A stretch of 64,000 bases of DNA. Origin: a virus. A model generated the notes under the pieces. It was given only the letters and a program-made list of their open reading frames with translations, made no database searches and was not told the DNA's origin. Made by a program: the position numbers and the translations under genes. The stretch's first letter is position 1. Each line of letters begins with the position of its first letter. The stretch is taken from IMG/VR virus record IMGVR_UViG_2935423994_000003; one strand, 5' to 3'. Of this stretch, positions 61,572-64,000 are shown piece by piece.

Positions 61572-62810
61572 ATGAAATTCGGTCAGATTTCTGATCTCTT
61601 TGCGGGCGCTGGTGCCAAGTATCTGAGTGAAGTCGAAGTGAACCGCCTCCGCTCAAATCAGCACGAGTTTCAGGGGGTGGGAGGTTTTCGCGCCTTTCTT
61701 GGAACACCCGCGGAAAAGGTGACATTCCCAGCCACGTTTTATTGGCTGGATGATGAGGACGACACGCGACCTGAAGGCCTCAGTTCCTTCTGCACCTGGA
61801 GCGATGTGCGCCGCGGTAAGGCTGGCCGGAGTGCTGAATATCACCTCTATTATTCGGCAGAGTCCGAACCGGTCGTGCATCGTGCGCGGGCCGGGGATCT
61901 CGTTGTCATCGCGCGGACGAAGGACGACCGCCTTCTGGTGATGCTCGCACCTGCTGAATCCACGATCGGCGCGCAGCTTCTCTGGTTGTTTGGCCTTGAT
62001 CTGCTTGCCGGAAGACCGGACGCAATTGAACTCGGCGCAGAAAATAGTGTCAGTCTCGGGCTGGCCGCCCGGAGCATTCTCGACGATCTGGGCATCGAGG
62101 CCGACGAACCACAGCCCGATGCGCTTGGGTTGCTGCTCGATACTTTTGGCCTTCGGTTTCCCGGCACGGTAGCGTTCTCCGATTTCGCTCGCAGCACGTT
62201 GACCGGCATTGATCCGCGCGATGCGCCGGATGAAGCGCTCGTGGCATGGATGGAGCACGAGGAGGCGCTGTTCCGGCACATGGAGCGACAGGTCATGACA
62301 GAACGATTGGGAAATGGTTTCATGAGCGATGGTACGGCAGACGTCGACGGTTTTCTGTCCTTTTCGCTAAGTGTGCAGAATCGCCGTAAATCGCGTGCAG
62401 GGTGGGCATTCGGACATCATGTCGAAGCAATCCTTCAGGCGCAGGGGTTGGACTTCAAACGTGAAGCGACGACCGAAAAGCGCAACGCAGCGGATTTCCT
62501 TTTCCCAGGAGAACTGCAATACGCGGACGCAACATTTCCGGCAGACCGGTTGGCGATGCTGGCGGTGAAAACCACATGCAAGGATCGCTGGCGTCAGGTG
62601 CTGGCAGAAGCGAACAGAATTCCTGCCAAACACCTGCTCACTTTGGAACCCGCGATTTCCGAGACCCAGACCGCCGAGATGCAGGCTCAGAGCCTGCAAC
62701 TGGTTTTGCCTGCACCGCTTCACGCCACATATCGCGAAACACAACGGGCTTGGCTGATGAGCTTGCGAGATTTTATTGGGCTGGTTCAGGGGCATCAAAT
62801 TATCGCCTGA
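61572..62810 (+). CDS. EcoRII-like type II restriction endonuclease
   Basis: RRKSRAG, DFLFPG, MLAVKTTCKDRWRQVL.EA.RI EcoRII C-terminal signature. Confidence 0.88.
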   Translation: MKFGQISDLFAGAGAKYLSEVEVNRLRSNQHEFQGVGGFRAFLGTPAEKVTFPATFYWLDDEDDTRPEGLSSFCTWSDVRRGKAGRSAEYHLYYSAESEPVVHRARAGDLVVIARTKDDRLLVMLAPAESTIGAQLLWLFGLDLLAGRPDAIELGAENSVSLGLAARSILDDLGIEADEPQPDALGLLLDTFGLRFPGTVAFSDFARSTLTGIDPRDAPDEALVAWMEHEEALFRHMERQVMTERLGNGFMSDGTADVDGFLSFSLSVQNRRKSRAGWAFGHHVEAILQAQGLDFKREATTEKRNAADFLFPGELQYADATFPADRLAMLAVKTTCKDRWRQVLAEANRIPAKHLLTLEPAISETQTAEMQAQSLQLVLPAPLHATYRETQRAWLMSLRDFIGLVQGHQIIA

Positions 62811-63472
62811 TGGGGCCGGGGCGACCACGGTCGCACTTTCGGCATCACGGCCGTCACATCCACCTCGCGCAACATCCCGCCTGCGATCAACCCCTCCCGC
62901 ACCCAGTCCAGCGCCAGCCACCAATCGTCATAGCCGCGCCGGGCGGCTGCGATCTGTTCCGGATGCGGCCGCCAGGTGACTGGGCAGGCCAGAACCTCGA
63001 CCGTGCGCCAGCGCCTGCGATGCAGCACGCGTTCGATGCCCACCACGATTGTGGTTGCCCGCTCGCCATGCTGATTTTGCCTAGTTTCCATAGGCACACA
63101 GCGTGGCACGACACCGGGCATCCAGTCGGGCGTCAGGCCAGCCCGCGCCAGTTCGGCCACGCTGATCGCCATGCGGATGCCGCCGAGGCTGTCGGGCATT
63201 CCGGCGACGGTGGCGGCGATCACCTCGGCGTCCGCATGGGTATAGCTGCCCATCTTGTGCTGGCCGCCGTCGACCTTGCAGCCAAGTGCTGCGCGTTGCA
63301 GCAGGACGTATTCGAGGCCAAAACCAAAGCCTTCCTCGGTCACGTCCTTTGGCGGCGCCAATTCCAGCTGGGCCTTTTCCACCCGGAACGCCCATTCCAG
63401 CGCCGCCTGCACGCCCAGCGTGCGTTTGACCTTGCTGCCGCCAATGCGGCCAATCCGCCCCTGGATGCTCAT
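62795..63472 (-). CDS. Conserved protein at the antiterminator-Q position
   Basis: Homolog of 19456-20130. Confidence 0.55.
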   Translation of the reverse strand: MSIQGRIGRIGGSKVKRTLGVQAALEWAFRVEKAQLELAPPKDVTEEGFGFGLEYVLLQRAALGCKVDGGQHKMGSYTHADAEVIAATVAGMPDSLGGIRMAISVAELARAGLTPDWMPGVVPRCVPMETRQNQHGERATTIVVGIERVLHRRRWRTVEVLACPVTWRPHPEQIAAARRGYDDWWLALDWVREGLIAGGMLREVDVTAVMPKVRPWSPRPHQAII

Positions 63473-64000
63473 GGTTGCAGTCCGTCAAACAGGCTCATCT
63501 GCGCCGGGCGCTGGGCATCGTCGGTCGGCCGCCAGATCCACGGGCCCGAGGCCATGGGCAGCTGCGAGAGCGCGCCACGCATGTGCTGCTGCCAGCGGGT
63601 GAACTCCGTTGCCGAGCAGGCGCAGAGCGCGTGCCCGATGGGCCAGCCCATCAGCCATCCGACGAAGAGCGGGTTCAGCCGCCGCCGCGACCGGCCCTTC
63701 AGGATGCGCCGACATGCGACGCGCCCATGCGAGGCAATCATCGAAGCCCAGAGCGGGCGCGAGATCGGGGCGTGCGGCGAGGACCGCCGCCCATCCTGCA
63801 TGATCGCCGGGGCCGGGCGGGTGAAGCCCTGCTCCGCGCGATAATGCCGGATATCCATCCGGGACTTGCCGTCGGCGCGCATCACGCTGGCCGGGCTGCT
63901 GCCCTTCCAGTTCTGCGCCGCCGGTGTGGGCCATTGCAGGGCCTGTGCCGATAGTTTCGGCTCGCCCCTGCTGTTGATCTTGCCACGCAGCCGATCCATC
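63469..64000 (-). CDS. C5-MTase overlapping frame (motif IX, WPTP), partial
   Basis: Homolog of 20127-21389; runs off window. Confidence 0.7.
   Translation of the reverse strand, partial: MDRLRGKINSRGEPKLSAQALQWPTPAAQNWKGSSPASVMRADGKSRMDIRHYRAEQGFTRPAPAIMQDGRRSSPHAPISRPLWASMIASHGRVACRRILKGRSRRRLNPLFVGWLMGWPIGHALCACSATEFTRWQQHMRGALSQLPMASGPWIWRPTDDAQRPAQMSLFDGLQP
63485..64000 (-). CDS. C5-MTase main frame C-terminus (motif X), partial
   Basis: EPALRRMADG..LRLLGNGV; open to the window edge. Confidence 0.8.
   Translation of the reverse strand, partial: DGSAAWQDQQQGRAETIGTGPAMAHTGGAELEGQQPGQRDARRRQVPDGYPALSRGAGLHPPGPGDHAGWAAVLAARPDLAPALGFDDCLAWARRMSAHPEGPVAAAAEPALRRMADGLAHRARALRLLGNGVHPLAAAHAWRALAAAHGLGPVDLAADRRCPAPGADEPV

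Larger units (their letters stand above)
26518..64000 (-). mobile_element. Prophage 2 (right end outside window)
   Basis: Lysis, tail, head, terminase and cos genes in the same order and orientation as prophage 1. Confidence 0.93.

Noticed and set aside
1-64000. Assembly duplication artefact
   Set aside because: The two copies differ throughout at synonymous sites and in cargo, so they are distinct prophages.

Overview
GC-rich alphaproteobacterial (Rhodobacteraceae-like) DNA made up entirely of two related but diverged temperate siphovirus-like prophages, integrated head-to-tail in the same orientation. They meet at a 47-bp 3' fragment of an initiator tRNA-Met gene (26518-26564). That fragment is flanked by arm-type repeats and two consensus IHF sites, so the junction looks like a reconstituted attP. 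Prophage 1 (<1-26564) shows the tape-measure 5' end, tail and lambda-like head genes, terminase, two ParB-methyltransferases, a lambda-like cos region, a C5 methyltransferase, a replication initiator with iterons and a tyrosine integrase. Prophage 2 (26518->64000) shows accessory genes, a lysis cassette, an RcGTA-like tail tip, the same head and packaging backbone and a second cos region. The two copies act as an internal alignment. It reveals fixed intergenic slots with swapped cargo: five toxin-antitoxin pairs in prophage 1, versus an uncharacterised two-gene His-motif/DUF1828-like cassette and an exonuclease-BRCT plus Dcm-Vsr-EcoRII-like cassette in prophage 2. It also supports a C5 methyltransferase encoded in two overlapping frames, a conserved -1 frameshift in the tail chaperone, and a cosQ/cosN/IHF/iteron packaging site. 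The two cos sites lie 39,885 bp apart, which could allow a chimeric genome to be packaged in situ. All family names are recognised from sequence motifs and memory; no database search was run.
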